Of a stretch of DNA of 64,000 nucleotides, positions 12,801 through 27,800 are shown one piece after another. The notes under the pieces were generated by a model. That model saw only the letters and a list, made by a program, of their open reading frames with translations. It searched no databases and was not told the origin of the DNA. The translations under genes were made by a program, and so were the position numbers. Within the stretch, counting starts at the first letter, position 1. Every line of letters starts with the position of its first letter. Source of the stretch: Tubiluchus corallicola (taxonomy: Eukaryota > Animalia > Priapulida); assembly GCA_030141605.1 (NCBI GenBank), contig JAQGDQ010000057.1, forward strand, positions 372,001 through 436,000. The letters are read 5' to 3'.

Positions 12801-14589
12801 TACCATAGTTAAAAACGTTTTACTATGTATTTTGTTTGTTGATTAAACTCTCTCTCTCTCTCTCGATAAATGAAGATATTTTTTCGCTTTTTAATGTATG
12901 TTTATAGTTAGCATCATTGACAGAAGTGCAAGTCGAGACAAACATTTATGTCCTGTTTATTCTGCAGTTCATACTAGGTTTGCTTTAAAAGCATAATTTC
13001 CTATCATTAATTAAATTGCAATTAGAAAGATATGTTCTCCTGGGATTTAATACCCATTTATTTGCCATGTAACAAAACGAACGATAATGAAAGTTAAGAA
13101 AAAAGAAATTTCTTGCAGCAACATAACAATTTCAATTATGAACACTTGTCAAATACTCTAAATAGTCTGCTTTAGACTATGATAGCTGTAGACTGCTGGC
13201 ATTTTAACTTCTAAACATAACATGTAGACCACCATTAAAAACAGCATACCCTAAATGTGTTTAATTGAAATTTACACTTTTACATGACTTAATCTGTTGA
13301 CATAATGGTAACATATGTAGCCAATATGATGGACAACCAGTGACCACATCCCAGTTAAGCTGAAATGTTGTATTTCAAATTCAGCAAATTTTCGTGAAGA
13401 CAATTTTTTGTACAAATTCAACAAAGCTTTATAAAGATTGAATCAAAAAACGTAACTCCTTCACGTTTTAACAAAATTGTAAACCAAAATGTAACTGAAA
13501 AATGATAAAAATGCTCCATGGCAGAAACAATTATCTAAAACAACAACAACAACAACGGTTATCTAAAGAACATATCTATATAAACACTTATAGGTAGACA
13601 GTTGATTACATGGCAGCATGACAAGTTTAATATATTACATTTTAAAATAGAATTATAATATAATGCACCTTAAACAGAAGTTGACATTTAATTGCTGATT
13701 GGGGTAATTATTTTCTGATCTGCTGCTTACACATCTATTATGCATCATCATAGTTTGGCCAATTGAGTAGTTGTGTCTGGAAACGTAGTAACTGATTATT
13801 ATACTGGAAAAGCTTTCTAGATTTTGATACAATGTATTGAACAAGTATTGAATTTCAATTTAGCCTGCAGAATAAGGAATGTTGGTGTAAAAACCGCCAC
13901 AGCACCAGAGTTGCTGTAAGATACTAGACTTCACGAATGAAAATACATGTTACGATTTCACTTTTTTGTTGTTTAGCACTGATATTTTAGGCATAGCAAG
14001 ACTAGTATGGGAAATCCAGTTGTAAGCACCATAAGTAGCTATGATATTTCAGTTAAATGTACAATCGTATATATGTATTTATAAATTAGATTTTATAATA
14101 AACTCTAACACAGGTAAATCTCTAAAGTGTTCACATAAGCATTGAGAATGAAAAACTTACACAATAGTAGCACAAACACATGTACAAACTTTTAGGCACT
14201 TAAATGAGCTTACTAAACAAATCAATGAATCCAGTATTTGATCCTAAAAACTGATACCAAGCAAAATGAACATAACAAGTACTACATAGACAAAATTCAT
14301 GACTGTTGTTCAGCATGCACGCTATTATTGACTCATAGTCTACTATTTGAGAATACTTGATGGCAGTTTTTTAAGGTTTTAATCACCCATAAGGGAGATG
14401 CTTAGCGCTCAATATTTGTCTATGTATGAATGTTAATATAACATTTAAAAATGAGCATTTCTAAGAAACATCAATTAGATATCATATCATGTTGTCAGAC
14501 ACACAAACTGTTTATTCATGATAATTTAAAAGCAATTAACTATATTCTTATCTTTTTTTCTATCAAGTCACATAAAGGCTTGGCACATA

Positions 14590-14707
14590 CAGCAACTGCC
14601 ATACACATACACAGTTCTCAGCAACTGTCATATACAGCTCTCAGCAACTGTCATACACATACACAGTTCTCAGCAACTGTCATATACAGCTCTCAGCAAC
14701 TGCCATA
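14590..14707. repeat. Dimeric 29+23 bp (52 bp) minisatellite
   Basis: cagcaactg(c/t)cata core at 14590, 14619, 14642, 14671 and 14694. Confidence 0.9.
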
Positions 14708-15196
14708 TTCATTCACTGTTTCATATTCCATAAAACCACAAAAATGCTTTTTGCTGTTGCTTTTTATCACTACTTTACTATTTTTTGTCTTTTTTGTGTT
14801 GTTTTCACATTAATCAACCTGGTGGCCATGTTCGTTTGCTTTTTCAAAATGTGTTTTCACATCAGCACATCCTTTTTTAGGTACAACATTATTTTGGACC
14901 ATATACCTAGAAAGAGGCCTAAGCGCAAAAACTTAAAATGAAGGCAATTAAGTGATAAGAAAGATAAAACGTTAAATATTGAATGCCAAAAGTGCTGTTC
15001 AATGACAACAATTGACATGTCATACAAGTAAAAACAACACTTAACAGCCAATGTAAGTTCAAATGCTCAATACTAACTGCACAGCTCATCATATGTTCAT
15101 ATCACCATGTTAATGCATCTTAAATTGCATTAACTGCCAGATCAAAAACTCATCAAACCACAAACTGTGTTTCGTAAAAGCTAAGAGCATTTTAAA

Positions 15197-15473
15197 AATT
15201 CAAACGAAAAACTGGCAGAGAATAATAACTGCATTGCACATGTTCTTATAAAAGTACTGCATACGAGATTAAATAAATAATAATATAAGTACAACTTGTT
15301 ACGATCAAGTCGTAGAATAAGGAAATTATGAACTGCATTTTATAAAAGGCAAAGCGCTAGAATTCAAACAAAAAACTGGCAGAGAACAAAACTAACAACT
15401 ACGTTGCAGATGTATACAAGATAAATAAATAATATAAGTACAATTCGTTAAGATCAAGTCAAAGAATAAAGAA
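15197..15473. repeat. Diverged tandem duplication with a period of about 164 bp
   Basis: aattcaaac..aaaaactggcagagaa...aatataagtacaa..gatcaagtc..agaataa occurs at about 15197 and 15361. Confidence 0.8.
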
Positions 15474-15682
15474 CAGCAGGCATACTCAATTACCTGAATA
15501 TTAAACAGCACTTGTTTTAATAATGTATCTTGAAATAATTAATATTTAACAACGAGTTTTGAACCGACATTGTTGGACTGCTGTTCATGCTTATCTTTAG
15601 TAGTTGCATGATCAACATGCTAAAATTCGATCACAAAATTCACAATGCACTTCTTAAACTTTGATCACAATGCAATATCACA

Positions 15683-15844
15683 TTACTCCCACGTGCCCTT
15701 CACAGCGCGGACTGCTGTGGCTAGTTCATCGGTCAGTGTCTCGTGCCGGTAAGCCATCCGAATGTCCGGAACATTAGTGCGCTTGATATCATTTCCTTGT
15801 ACACCAATACCTTGGTAGTTGGTACCCAGCCAATGCTGCTTTAC
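15683..15844 (-). CDS. AMPD: AMPD terminal exon
   Basis: [53 protein letters not shown] then TAA. Confidence 0.94.
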   Translation of the reverse strand, partial: VKQHWLGTNYQGIGVQGNDIKRTNVPDIRMAYRHETLTDELATAVRAVKGTWE

Positions 15845-18800
15845 CTAGCAGAAGAATAGTTATACATAAGGATGCTGATCTTTGATATTACAGGCCAATG
15901 AAAATACAGTCAAACCTCTTTATATTCTTTGGGACTGCAAAAAATGGGGTTATAACATGTTTGGCAGTATAATAAGGTGCATTAACATAAACAGGTATGT
16001 GCAAATATAAATATTTTGTTTTGCTAAAAGTGTGGGTGCTAAGCAAGATTGACATTATAAAGGGAGGCGTTATAGCAAGGAACAAGGTTTGACAATACCA
16101 CCAAATTGATTGTACTATGCTGTAATTGTCTCTAATAATTTGTTTCTTTGTGTCTTCACAATCACATGCCGCATTAAATAAAGTGGCAACTAATAATTTT
16201 GACTGTTTTCATGAATAAAGCACATCTGTGTTTGTAATAGATGAAACATCCTATGGGAAGCCATAATTCATTTGACACTTTCACAAAATTTCTGACCAAA
16301 AAACTTCATTCATATCAGAATATCTAAGCACTAATGTACTCGAAAGCACAAAAATACACTGTAAAAACAAACAATGTGAGCATACCTCATGCGAGAAGCC
16401 ACTTTGAATGACACTGTTTCGGGCAAGTTCACACATGTCAGCTGAACTGAGCTTCCACACTTGCGCTGCAATGCTGTACTCTTCCATTAGAGGTTCCTGT
16501 AAAATGAATTCAACATTAGAAATTACATTTCTTACCAGAAGGTATAATGCATTTGTTACATGGGCACTACCTGTCTGATTAGTGATGTGTTGATTGATGA
16601 AGGACACAGAGCTCAGCCAAGGTATTCATGTGAATCATTCATACATTATTTTATTTAACTAAATACATAGACTTTTTGAAGACATATTATCCTTAGTTAC
16701 TTATAAACAGAGAAGGCTTAAAAATACATCAATACAGGTTATGACTGAATAGAGTTCTTCACAGTTAGTAAGCACTTTAAGGGCACTGAACATTGTGCAT
16801 CTAATCCATGACTTCCTATACAAATACAGATACTTCATACAGAGAACTGTTTCACAAGTAAATTGTCTCAGAAACCAGGAACAATTAGGAAAAAATTTCT
16901 AAAATGTTCTGAAGGCACAATAATTATTAATTTGAACGGTGTGTGCCACAAAAAGCAACCCACCCATATATTAGTCAGATGATGATTCTTACTGACTGCA
17001 AGCAGATCATGAAGTACAAAGAAGTTACTATAAAGATCGCATTCTTCAACACTAAAGTTATATTGTTTCAGAAAAGTATAAACTTAAACTAGAATATAAA
17101 ATAACACAAAGTGAATGTTTTTACTCACTTTAGTGAAATGGAACTGTAGTGGATCGTCTGTTGACAAGCACACATTCAATCCTCGTGCAAGATACTCTGG
17201 CAATGGACTTCGGTTATAATTCAAGAACAGTGAGTTGTTACTCAGTGGGGACATAGCCATTCCTATTTGTGCTAGATAGTAGAGATACTGTAGAACTGGA
17301 ACCTGCCAAAAATAATTTACTCAGTTCTAACTATTTGAAAACAAAGCAATCACCCACAGATTCTGAGGTTGCTTATGATTATGTCAGCATTATAATAATC
17401 AACAAAAGCTTACATGTTTAAAAAACTGAAAATTGGTAAAAAAAACTCACCTTTCTCAGTTGCAATCCATGAGAGATGCTTTCAGCAAGAAGAAATCCTG
17501 CTACGAGATGTTTAACTGATCCGGCTTCCCCACAGTGTGGTCGAAACACCAACGTGTTCAAACCTCTCTCCCTGTTACAAAATGAAAGTGTATCTACATA
17601 AAATATGCCAAACAAAAGCTTCTTTACAATTTAAGCTCCAAGTACACATAAACCAAAAACAAACGCTTAAGTCCGGAAATTTCGTTAAAATTTAAAAAAT
17701 GTTTATGTACAGCATGCTACGGTGAAAAAAGTCACTTCTCTTGCTGAACAGCTCTGCACTTGCTGGATCTTTAGTTTTCAGAACATGAGACCAGAAGTTT
17801 CACAAATGCCGCACATACAAAATAGCTATATGATATTAACCACCCATATTTTACATCTGATTTACTTTCGTTGCAACTTGCAACATTCGTCTTCTTTTTG
17901 TCATTCATATTTTCCAGTCTAAAATATTTCCGCATGTCCGCCTTTGCATGTTTGCTAACAGGTTGGTTTTGTTTTCAAAAAAAGACCACAAGAAAGTATT
18001 CTTCAAAAATAAACAAGAACAGCTACACAAGTTCACAACCAGACCACAGTGGTGAATCAATAGATGGGCACATCAAATTGGTAGTCTTCTGACCATTGCA
18101 ACACAGTTGATGAGCAGCATAAAGGAACATTGTTGACATTATGACATCACACGTTGTACAGATCTTTGTTACTACTTTATTAAAGTGATTTTACTCAAAG
18201 ATAATTTACATAATAGTGCAATGAAGTTATTGAACATTACATTCACACGCTATAGCTCGTTATGCCGCTCCTCTTCGTTATACCGCCAAACTCGTTTACC
18301 ACCTGCAAAATGGCTAGGAACATAATGGCTGCCATTCAAATGTATATAAAAATAACCCATTATACTGCCATCCACCAGGCAAATTAATACATACGTTCAA
18401 TGGGGAAATACCGCCAGCCACGCCAGTGACCTTGACATTACGCCAGCCACAGAAGGCTGTTATAAGCTCCGCTGGGCTGCTTACACTGCCAGACGTAACA
18501 TGTCGTGCAAAATAATGCAAGTCCAGTCTACACACAACAGAACTTCACTTCAGTGTAATTCTAACAAGTCATAGCCTACCTTCTAAAATGGTTGAGCATT
18601 GCAAGATTGGCATACATGTAATAGACATAGTATGCATAGGATGGATTCTCTTCTTCATCCCATCCCTGTGGAGGAGGAGTGTCTTTATCAAACATGTCTG
18701 ATTCTGGCTTGCTTTCATCGTCTACGCTGTCCAGTCCTGTTACCTGCAATTCAATGAGAACAGTGGAATCGCACAGCATTAGTATTGTTATTATTTATTA

Positions 18801-21800
18801 TAATTATTAAATTACAAAGCACATTATATCACCTATACGCTCGCACACCTCTCACTATACATGCAAAAATATGATCTAGTTATGCTATACATGCAAAAAT
18901 ATTATAATCAACAGGTATACAAAATATAAGATATCTATCACTATAGATAAAAAGTGTTTTGTATATTATATACTGTTGAGGGTACCTGAAACCATATGCT
19001 AACAGAATCTGAAGAGAAAAATTGTCTTGCAACCTGCTCTAGGAGCTACTTTACTAGGAGCTATCTTTAACCACCTGCTTGTAGTGGTTGTGAGTTTAAT
19101 ATGAGCTGATATGTGATTCTAAAGCTATGGGACAGCTGATTCGAAAGCCCGATCACCAAGTGTAGCTTTGGTTATAACATTTGGATTTCTAGCAGAAGTG
19201 ATAGAGAACAGTTAGTGTTGTAACATGCAGTTTTTGTACGATTTGAGGACAATTACTGTAGAAGGATTTTAAACTGAATGCAGAACTTGACTGGTGGCCA
19301 ATGTCTGGCAGATCATAAAACAGGGTAGTGCAACAGTCTATATGACTTGAGACAAAAGCATGAAGAAGATGGGTAGTTTCTGAGATTAGAGATTTACGAC
19401 TTCGCCTGATATTGTGAAAATGGTAGAATGAGTTAGAACATGAAGATGGTAGAATGGGTTAGATAAGATCTTTGTGACGTGTGTACTCATAGATAAATTA
19501 TGTCTAAATTAGGTTACTTGAAAGAATTTAAATATGGCTATGATGTCATCGGCTAAAGAATAATAGCAATAAATGGCAAATTGAAAGTAAATCACAAACT
19601 TAAATAGCTATACTTCCTCTGCGAGCCCAATCAAAAACTTGAGGCTAAGACCTATGACATTACTGTACCTATACATTCACATACCCATCATGTGACAATC
19701 CTCACCAGTGTATGCATGCAAAACCTATAGAAACCTAATAATGCTAGACTTCACAAATAACTGGAAAACAAAATAATCTCTCTAAAAAATTTTAGGCAAA
19801 CAATTGCCAAGTGACCTTACACTTACACTTTCTACCTTTTTCAGTAAAAAACTGTCTGTCTATGCTGCCTACTGATGCATAGCCCAAGGAGTCTTATGAC
19901 AATTGATTAACCACAAAAGTATATTTGATAATATTAAATTTACAAACCAAAGAAAATACTTAGAGAAACAGTAACATCCCGTGACATTATTAGATAATGA
20001 TTGAGCTAAGACGTGTCAGTATAACATGTTGAAAAGTTCATTAAGCAAGAAAGTTTACTTTTACTTACATGATTTAGGAACATGTGCAGTTCAGGATGAG
20101 CTTTGGGGTTTGCTGTTGCTTCAAACAATGGCAAGAAAATGTTGTTTAACAATGACTGAAAATTATCTAGAATGTTGTTGGCTTTGAACACATCGTACAG
20201 TCGTGGAACTTGTATGATCCATCGGCAATTATCAGAGTAAACTTTCCACTTGACTGCCCATCTGGCTAATTTATCCCACTCATCCATAGATTTGCCATAA
20301 ATTGAGAGCCGGGGTTCTGCATTCTGATATTTGCTTTCTTCTAAATCACCTAGGACTTCCTTAAAATAATAAAAATAAAACATTAGAATAGAATAGAAAA
20401 TTATTTTTTACTTGGGTATGTAAGAACATAATGTTATTTCCATTACAGTCCATTATCAAAGACTCATTAGTAAGTGGGAACATCAGTATGTAGTAAAGAT
20501 GCTCACATAAAATTCTAAACATGGAAATCACCAAGTTTTATGCTACCAAAAGTAATTATGCTATTTTCATGAATTTATATAATATATGCTTACAGACACA
20601 AACAGCCGCCCTATTTATTACTTGCTACCATCACTTTAACTTTGTGAAGCTGAATTCTCAGTTTTTAAACTGGATAAATTGTGTATCTAACTAAACTTTC
20701 AACAAAGAACATGTAAACTAGACAATTCTCATAGCCCTGTTATAGTACCACCTTTTAGTGAGTATCATAATATCTCATCCATTTTTTATTTATGGTCGAA
20801 TTTATGAGGATCGTATTTTTTAATGCATTTTAACTAAATTTGTTTGGCAAAACAATGTTCGTCAAAAACTAATACGAATCTTGCAACAATCTAAACAGCA
20901 AGTAGAGTGTAACAAGTTTAGAAAATGAGCTATTTCTTCCACACTTGCAGTAAAGCGACAATTAGCTATATATGTGATGCTGTTATAGCTCATATAAGTT
21001 ACAGGTGTTTTGTAACAATTTGGTTACCTTTAGAAGTTCGGCAAAATACTTTCCCTCAATGTAGTTGTCAGTTTTAATAAAGATTTCCCTCAAGCGGCTT
21101 TCGCCAATCGGATTGTATTTTGCATTGAATTTATCAAAGCGGTGAAATGTGTTCCGATCCTATGGCAAATAAAAACATGTAACTTACTTATGCATTTCAC
21201 AACAAAAACAAAGTTCTAAAAATTAAATAATGTTATTTTAGAAAGTGTGCAAACTATAAATAAGATTGAAATTAAAAAATATATAAAACTGTATAATAAT
21301 TTTTACTTGCTTATCACAGCCCTATCTCTCTAAAAATTCTTCAAAATTTAGTACAAAAGCTTTTTCATGGCACATATTGAGTTATCATTTAACATTTTAC
21401 ATACGTGCACTTTTGGAGGCATGCTCAAACAAAAAAAACACTATTTTAAAAGCGACTTGTAGCACCAGGGAAGCTTTTTCATTTGAAAATTATCCGAAAA
21501 TTATCGACAGGAATTTTTCAGGTTGGTCGACATTGGCAGAGAGTGTGTCGATTCATCGTTAGCGTTTAGTACCATGCAATTTTGCACTGTCGTATATCAA
21601 CAGGAAAATACATAGCTACTATTAGCCAAGCACAAATTTTTCCTGGGGATGGTCTGAGCCTGTAGGAACCTCAAAATGGGCTCTTTCTTATACTGAAACG
21701 TCAGAGTTCAGTGCCAATCACGAACTGGGTGGTTCTTTGCTGATATCAAATAAACTGTACTGAATAACTCAAATAGGCAACCAACATTAGAAAATCGATG

Positions 21801-24800
21801 AAAGTTACTTGCAGATGTAAGGGACACACTGTACATACCATTAGTCGCAAGTTTTAATTCACAAAATTACCCTTAAAGTCAGTTTCGCTAGGTTTGCATG
21901 TATGTATAAAGATTAGCATTGTGCATATGTGACGTCATGTAATGGCGCTACCGGTACAGTACCACATGTTGATTTAAAATGAAAGCAAACAGTAATCTCT
22001 TTTAAATATCCGTGAGTATGACATACGCTTAAGATTGCCCCTTAGTAATACAAACTTTTAAGGCAATTTTCCTGAAAGTTATTTTAAACAGCCATTTTCG
22101 TGCCCTTTAAGTTTGGTTCCCATAGACAGAGTAGAAAAGCAGATCAGTAATGTATGATCAAGGAACTGTATCTAGATTAACTGGTGACAAACTTACCGCG
22201 TGCACGTCCAACATGTCCACACTCAAATCATATGCTGTCAAGTTAAGACTATGAAAAACCTGAAAATAATAATAGAAATACTGAATTAATAGAGTATTCT
22301 GCAGCTTAAAACACGGTTTATGTAAGCAAAACTAATAAACGCATTCCATTTTTTAAACTTTCTGAACTAATAGTCTTAATCACTTAACTGGCAGTCCTGA
22401 CCAAAGAATAAGTTAGATAATTATTTTATAAAGAATGCCACTGGCTGGGTAACTTCACAGATGCTAACAAAAATGAGTGAAGTGACAGAGTGACAAATCC
22501 AACAGAGGCTTGATTTTTATGAAACAAAACAATGACAAAATATTTGCAGAACACAAATGTGAAATTTGTTGACACAGTTGTTGGAAAGGAAATCATCTAA
22601 TTCCTGTTGCTAAAGTGCCAAAAAGTGACAAGGCTCATATTTGTCTAGTTTAAAATAGTAAAAGGAGCAATAATGAAATAATGTAACTTAATTTTGTATT
22701 TGTAACAAATTTAAACTATCTAAGATAACTCTTCATGTTAGTCTTAACACTAAACAAAGAAAATTAAAACTTACAAGACATATACAGTCAAAATTTAAAC
22801 TATATCATGCAGTGAAAAAAATGTGTATGGTAGTTCTGATCAAGATATTATAAGAAGTAAATAAAAAAATCACATGAAAATACTATATGGATGTTACAGA
22901 CGTTTATGTGTAGACACTAAAAATTTTAGGTTGTTCCCTCAGAAATGTCCAAACACGCATAAGTTTTAAATCAAGAAGTTAAAAAAATAAATGCCGGAAA
23001 AACTTTCGTGTGTTACTATTGTTAAATTTACAGCAAGTACTCTATGTCTCCACCATTTCACTGCAAACTAGAAGAAAGCATTTCTCCCAACAGCTGACAC
23101 AGTTTCTCAGTTTTTTAAGGAGGTATTTGGGCCCACTCAAAATTTTTTGCCCTTAGTTCCTCTGCATCAAATGGCTCTGTGTGGTCATTGTACACTTTAT
23201 CTTTAACAGAATTCCAGATACAGTTATCCACGAGATTAAGTTCCAATTTTTCTTGACCAGGTCTTTATCAGCGCCTCATTTTCTGTGAATCATCCATGAT
23301 GCAAACTGATGTATTTCTTTATTGTTTTCCTGCTATGTATTGAGTGCTTTATACATCACTGAACAATACTGTTTTTCAGTTGATGATTAGCTAACATTGT
23401 TCCTGCACTCAAGCTTTTAACTACCTACATGTTTATCTATTTAGAATAAGTAGTAATTACAAAAAGAATTACAATTATTGTAACAAATATGATACAAATC
23501 GTAATTTACTGATCATTAAATACATACATCATAAACATACACAATAAATTCTACATAAAAACACTTAACACATATGATAGAAACTACAATAATTTTAATC
23601 CTATTTTCATGTGGTCCTACCTGTGCTAAAGTCATGGTTTTTCTCGTTGCACGATCCATACAGACCTCTTCTGAACTTGAATGTTTCATCTTGCTCTTGA
23701 TGAACCGAAGAAGATGCTTCTGATTCATAGATGAAGCTGCGTGAATATGAGTGTCCACCTGCAGCAAGACATGAACACTAAACAAATGCGTAGAATGAAG
23801 CTGCATGAATATGAATGTCTACCTGTAGTAAGACATGAACACTAAACAAATGTATAGATAATTAATTTTGCATACATAAGAGACAATAAAAAATAAATTC
23901 AATCACTAAAAGCAAAAAAAACTTGTATGGAAATCACCAAAAATAGCTTCAGTTGTTCTAGTTACTCCATGAGAATTTTTTTCTCTTTTCTGTCCCATTT
24001 TGTTGACTTTCAGAAGAACTACAGCATTAGTTCAAAATATTATGTCGTTTCTTTTAACTTGTTTTTTAATTGTGTGATTTCTTATTCATTGTAACTATTC
24101 TTAACATTAAGAAAAAAATCTACATTACCTTTCTTATATTATAAAAGTCTCTATGTGATACTGCTTTCTGGGAAGCATGCTCTCGCATCTCATTAAGAAG
24201 AACGTGCAATTGAAATTTGCTAGACAAGTAGCACAATCTTCGATAGCAGAATGACTTCCTGTCAAAAAACAAACAATAAATAAAAATGGGAATAAAACAG
24301 ATATGGTTAACGTGTATGCTTGGCTAACGAGAGTTAAGCAGCACTGAATCTGCTTAGAAAGTAGAAAGTAACCACTGAAAACACATCTGGTCAGTCAGTG
24401 CCTGATTTTAGAAGAAACCCTTGAAAAAAAGTTAAATTCCAATTCTAGCACACCCCTTCAACATCTGTGCTAATATTGCAGCTAATAACAGTGGTAATAA
24501 AGCAGCTATTGGATTCTCAATACTGGGTTGCAGTGTGCAAAGCAATAATAATCAAGTATACTAAACGCATTTTGAACATTACTATAAGACACTAACAGGT
24601 TTTTTTGTGTATGTAATGTCATCAATATTTGAACAAAAAGTTAGAAAATGATTGACCTGACAGCAAGAAGCCTAAGAGCCTCTAACTACATCATTAATAT
24701 GATGCTGTTGATGATGGTGATGACTATGACAGCAATGAAGTAGCCATCAAAATTTTGATATAATCTATCAACTCACAGTGGCCCGTCTCCCATAAACACA

Positions 24801-27800
24801 CATAATCTTGTATAGTCTTTGAGAAACTGCTGAGCTGAAATAGAAGGATACTCCATGGGTTCATTCCTTTGTAGAGCTTCCTACAAAAAAAACTTCACAC
24901 ATTACCATAGCAACTAAAACCTCATCCAGGTAAATTTGTAAGAGAATTGTCCCAATGTCACAGAAAATGAATAAAGTAAATGAAATGTACAGAAAATGAA
25001 GTTCACTTTTTTCTACCAATTTGAGGTAGCCTTGTTAACAGTAAATCTAATTATTGCATCTTTTATCAGTTTTATACATTTAAAAGCATCAACAACGAAT
25101 CTCATCTTGTCTAATAGAACTAATATTACCCAAAATTTTAATATCACTAGTTGTTTTTACAAACTGCAAAAACGATGGGACAAGTTTTGAAGGTAAGACA
25201 TGCAAACAGTAGCCTACAAGGGACAATGACAATAAAAAGGTACAGTTACTGTTAGCGCTATTATAAACTAAACAAATTGCAAAATTGAAACTGACAAGCA
25301 TGGTTCAATTATTTGTAATAACTTTTTTCAAACGAGATGGCAATTAATGAATCATTAATTGAATTATGAATGTGGATGCCAGAATGTTCATAAACCAGTG
25401 CAGTTTATTACACAACAATTATTACTGTTGAAGAAAGAGAGGCGATACTTCACAGATTCATGCTCTGACTGGTTCACAATTTTACACCTTTTCATTTCTT
25501 TCTTTCATTACCGAAATGCGTAATAAGAGTTTAAATGTGTGGGAGAAATGTAAATTCTTCATGCAGAGGGTGAAATTTGTCTGTCCATAATTTTCTCTAA
25601 CATCTTCAGTAACACATTACTAGACGGAACACAGTATGATAATTATTCTTACCAACGAGCTTAGTTTAGTTTAGTTTTACAAACTACTCACATAGTTTGA
25701 GATTAGATTTAGGATGTAATTCTGTTTTCATTATGAATAAAAGGTAGACCCTCATGCCAAATGACAAAAGGCTTTTCTAGAGTAAATAAATGTAGTAAAC
25801 AAAGTAAGAAGAGTAGATAAATGTAGTAAATAAAGAAAATGAGAGTTAGTAAAGTTTAACTGGGAAGCACATCTCACCTCATCGGCAAAGACATGACAAA
25901 CTCCATCAATCATCTTCAATACATAACCTTTATCAGAAGGAAAATCACATTCAAATGGATCTCCTTGAGATACTGGAGGGTGGACGGAGTGTTCTGCAAT
26001 GTAAACAAAACGAACAAGCATAAACAAACGATCATTTGCAAATATCCAAGTAAACAATTCCAAATTCAAATATTCACATCCACATCATGGTTCATTCCTC
26101 TATTTATTTGCAACAAAAAAAAGATGGTACATTCTTACGCGCATTCAGACTAGAGACTTCTCTCGCAAAATATTACAAAAGTCCCCTCTGAGAGTAAACT
26201 TGCAAAGCTGTTCACACTTATGAGAACCTGCGAGAGAACTTAACGCACCATTAAAATGTGTTTTCTGTCTTTAGAAAACTTGTTAGATACAGCTATTACA
26301 TTTATAAATACCTATGAATGTTGAAGTTTTGTGATAGTCAACTGTACTAAGCTGTGAATCACGTTAGAAAATTATAAATTGCATGAGTTAATTTTTTTTG
26401 CTGCAAGCCTGTATGATGTAACGAAATCAGTGAAATAATGTCTGTCTACAACCAATATCTTAAGTCAGTTATTACTACTGACCTGTGTAGTAATTTAATA
26501 GCAAGATGGTACAGAATTTCTAATAATTTTATGGGGTAACTTTATTGGTGTCCTCATGACACACACACTTATTATAAGAATCAAAACCATTGTTTCTCAA
26601 TCTCAATCTCTCTGTTGCACAAAATCATCAAAACTGTTGAATGCTGGTCGCAGAATTGATATCAAGAGTTGAGTGAAAAAAGATGGATGACCTCATCGCA
26701 CAAATGACATTCATTGTGCATCAGCAATATTAATAAAAATCAACTACACGTATCAAAGTTTACACTTGAAGATGCAAAGGCAGTTATTGCCGATGAGGAG
26801 TTGCAGTCTCCACTTTGAAATTTTTCACTTAGCACTTAGTTCTCACAAACTCTGATATTCGAGTGTCGTTGGTTTCTGTAACATCTTGTTTTTTATGTGA
26901 ATGGGTTGATAGCCCATACCTTCCTCCTTTTCACCGTCTTTGGAATTTTAATGAAACATAATTCAAAATTTGCTTTTCTGATCATCTAGAACAAACGTAA
27001 CAGCTTACACGACTTGTATTACTGCTTAAATGAGCTACAGTAAGTAGAATGGATGCAGGTCACATTAATACCAGCTGAAGTTCATTGGAGAAACACGTTA
27101 CATGGCAGCAACGAGTCGCAAACTTGAGGCTCATTATTTTAGAGTTCACACCAGGATACAAAAGGCAGCAGCTGTCTTAATCTGGTCCACTAATCAATCT
27201 ACAGCAGCCACTCATAAAGACAAGGTTAAAATAACAGGATTATTGATAAAGTGGTTAATATGGCTGTAAGGTAGGGTTTTAAAGGCGAAGTCACGATTTA
27301 ATTTACAAAGCTGAGCAGAGCGTCGAACCTGCGCCGACAATCGAAGTAATCCCTAGATCTGAGTTATCTGATGCTTTACACCACTCAGCTACACCCGCAT
27401 CACCTATAAGGAGACATTGTTACAGACTGTTACAAAATTATTAAATAAAGTGCATGTAACAGTGCCATGCAATACACAAGCTCTTATCTAGCCCTAAAGT
27501 GCTTAAAAACACTAACTGAGTAGTTCAAGAAAACAAGAATAATATTGAATTAAATGAAACTAAACTACAGTTCATGCAATTTTCTGTCACACTCTCACTG
27601 TTTTTGCAACAACTAATTGTAATTTAAACTTCAAGTATTTTCATTAAAATAATTTAACCTTCGTGTTATAAGATTCTTAACTTTCAATAAACTTACAATA
27701 ATATACTTTTATATAATTATATATCACAGTATGCTGTTTTTAGCATGATGACACTGCCTTTTCTTTTCAACTATACATACTATTTTATCGAGAAACATGA

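Noticed and set aside
24310-24390. Faint similarity to the 5S rRNA internal promoter (gagttaagcagc...; also near 37935)
   Set aside because: Too short and degenerate to call; at most an old SINE remnant.
27350-27375. TCA triplet in the tRNA-like loop suggesting tRNA-Sec
   Set aside because: The triplet is not centred in the loop, and the D-arm and acceptor stem do not fit tRNA-Sec.
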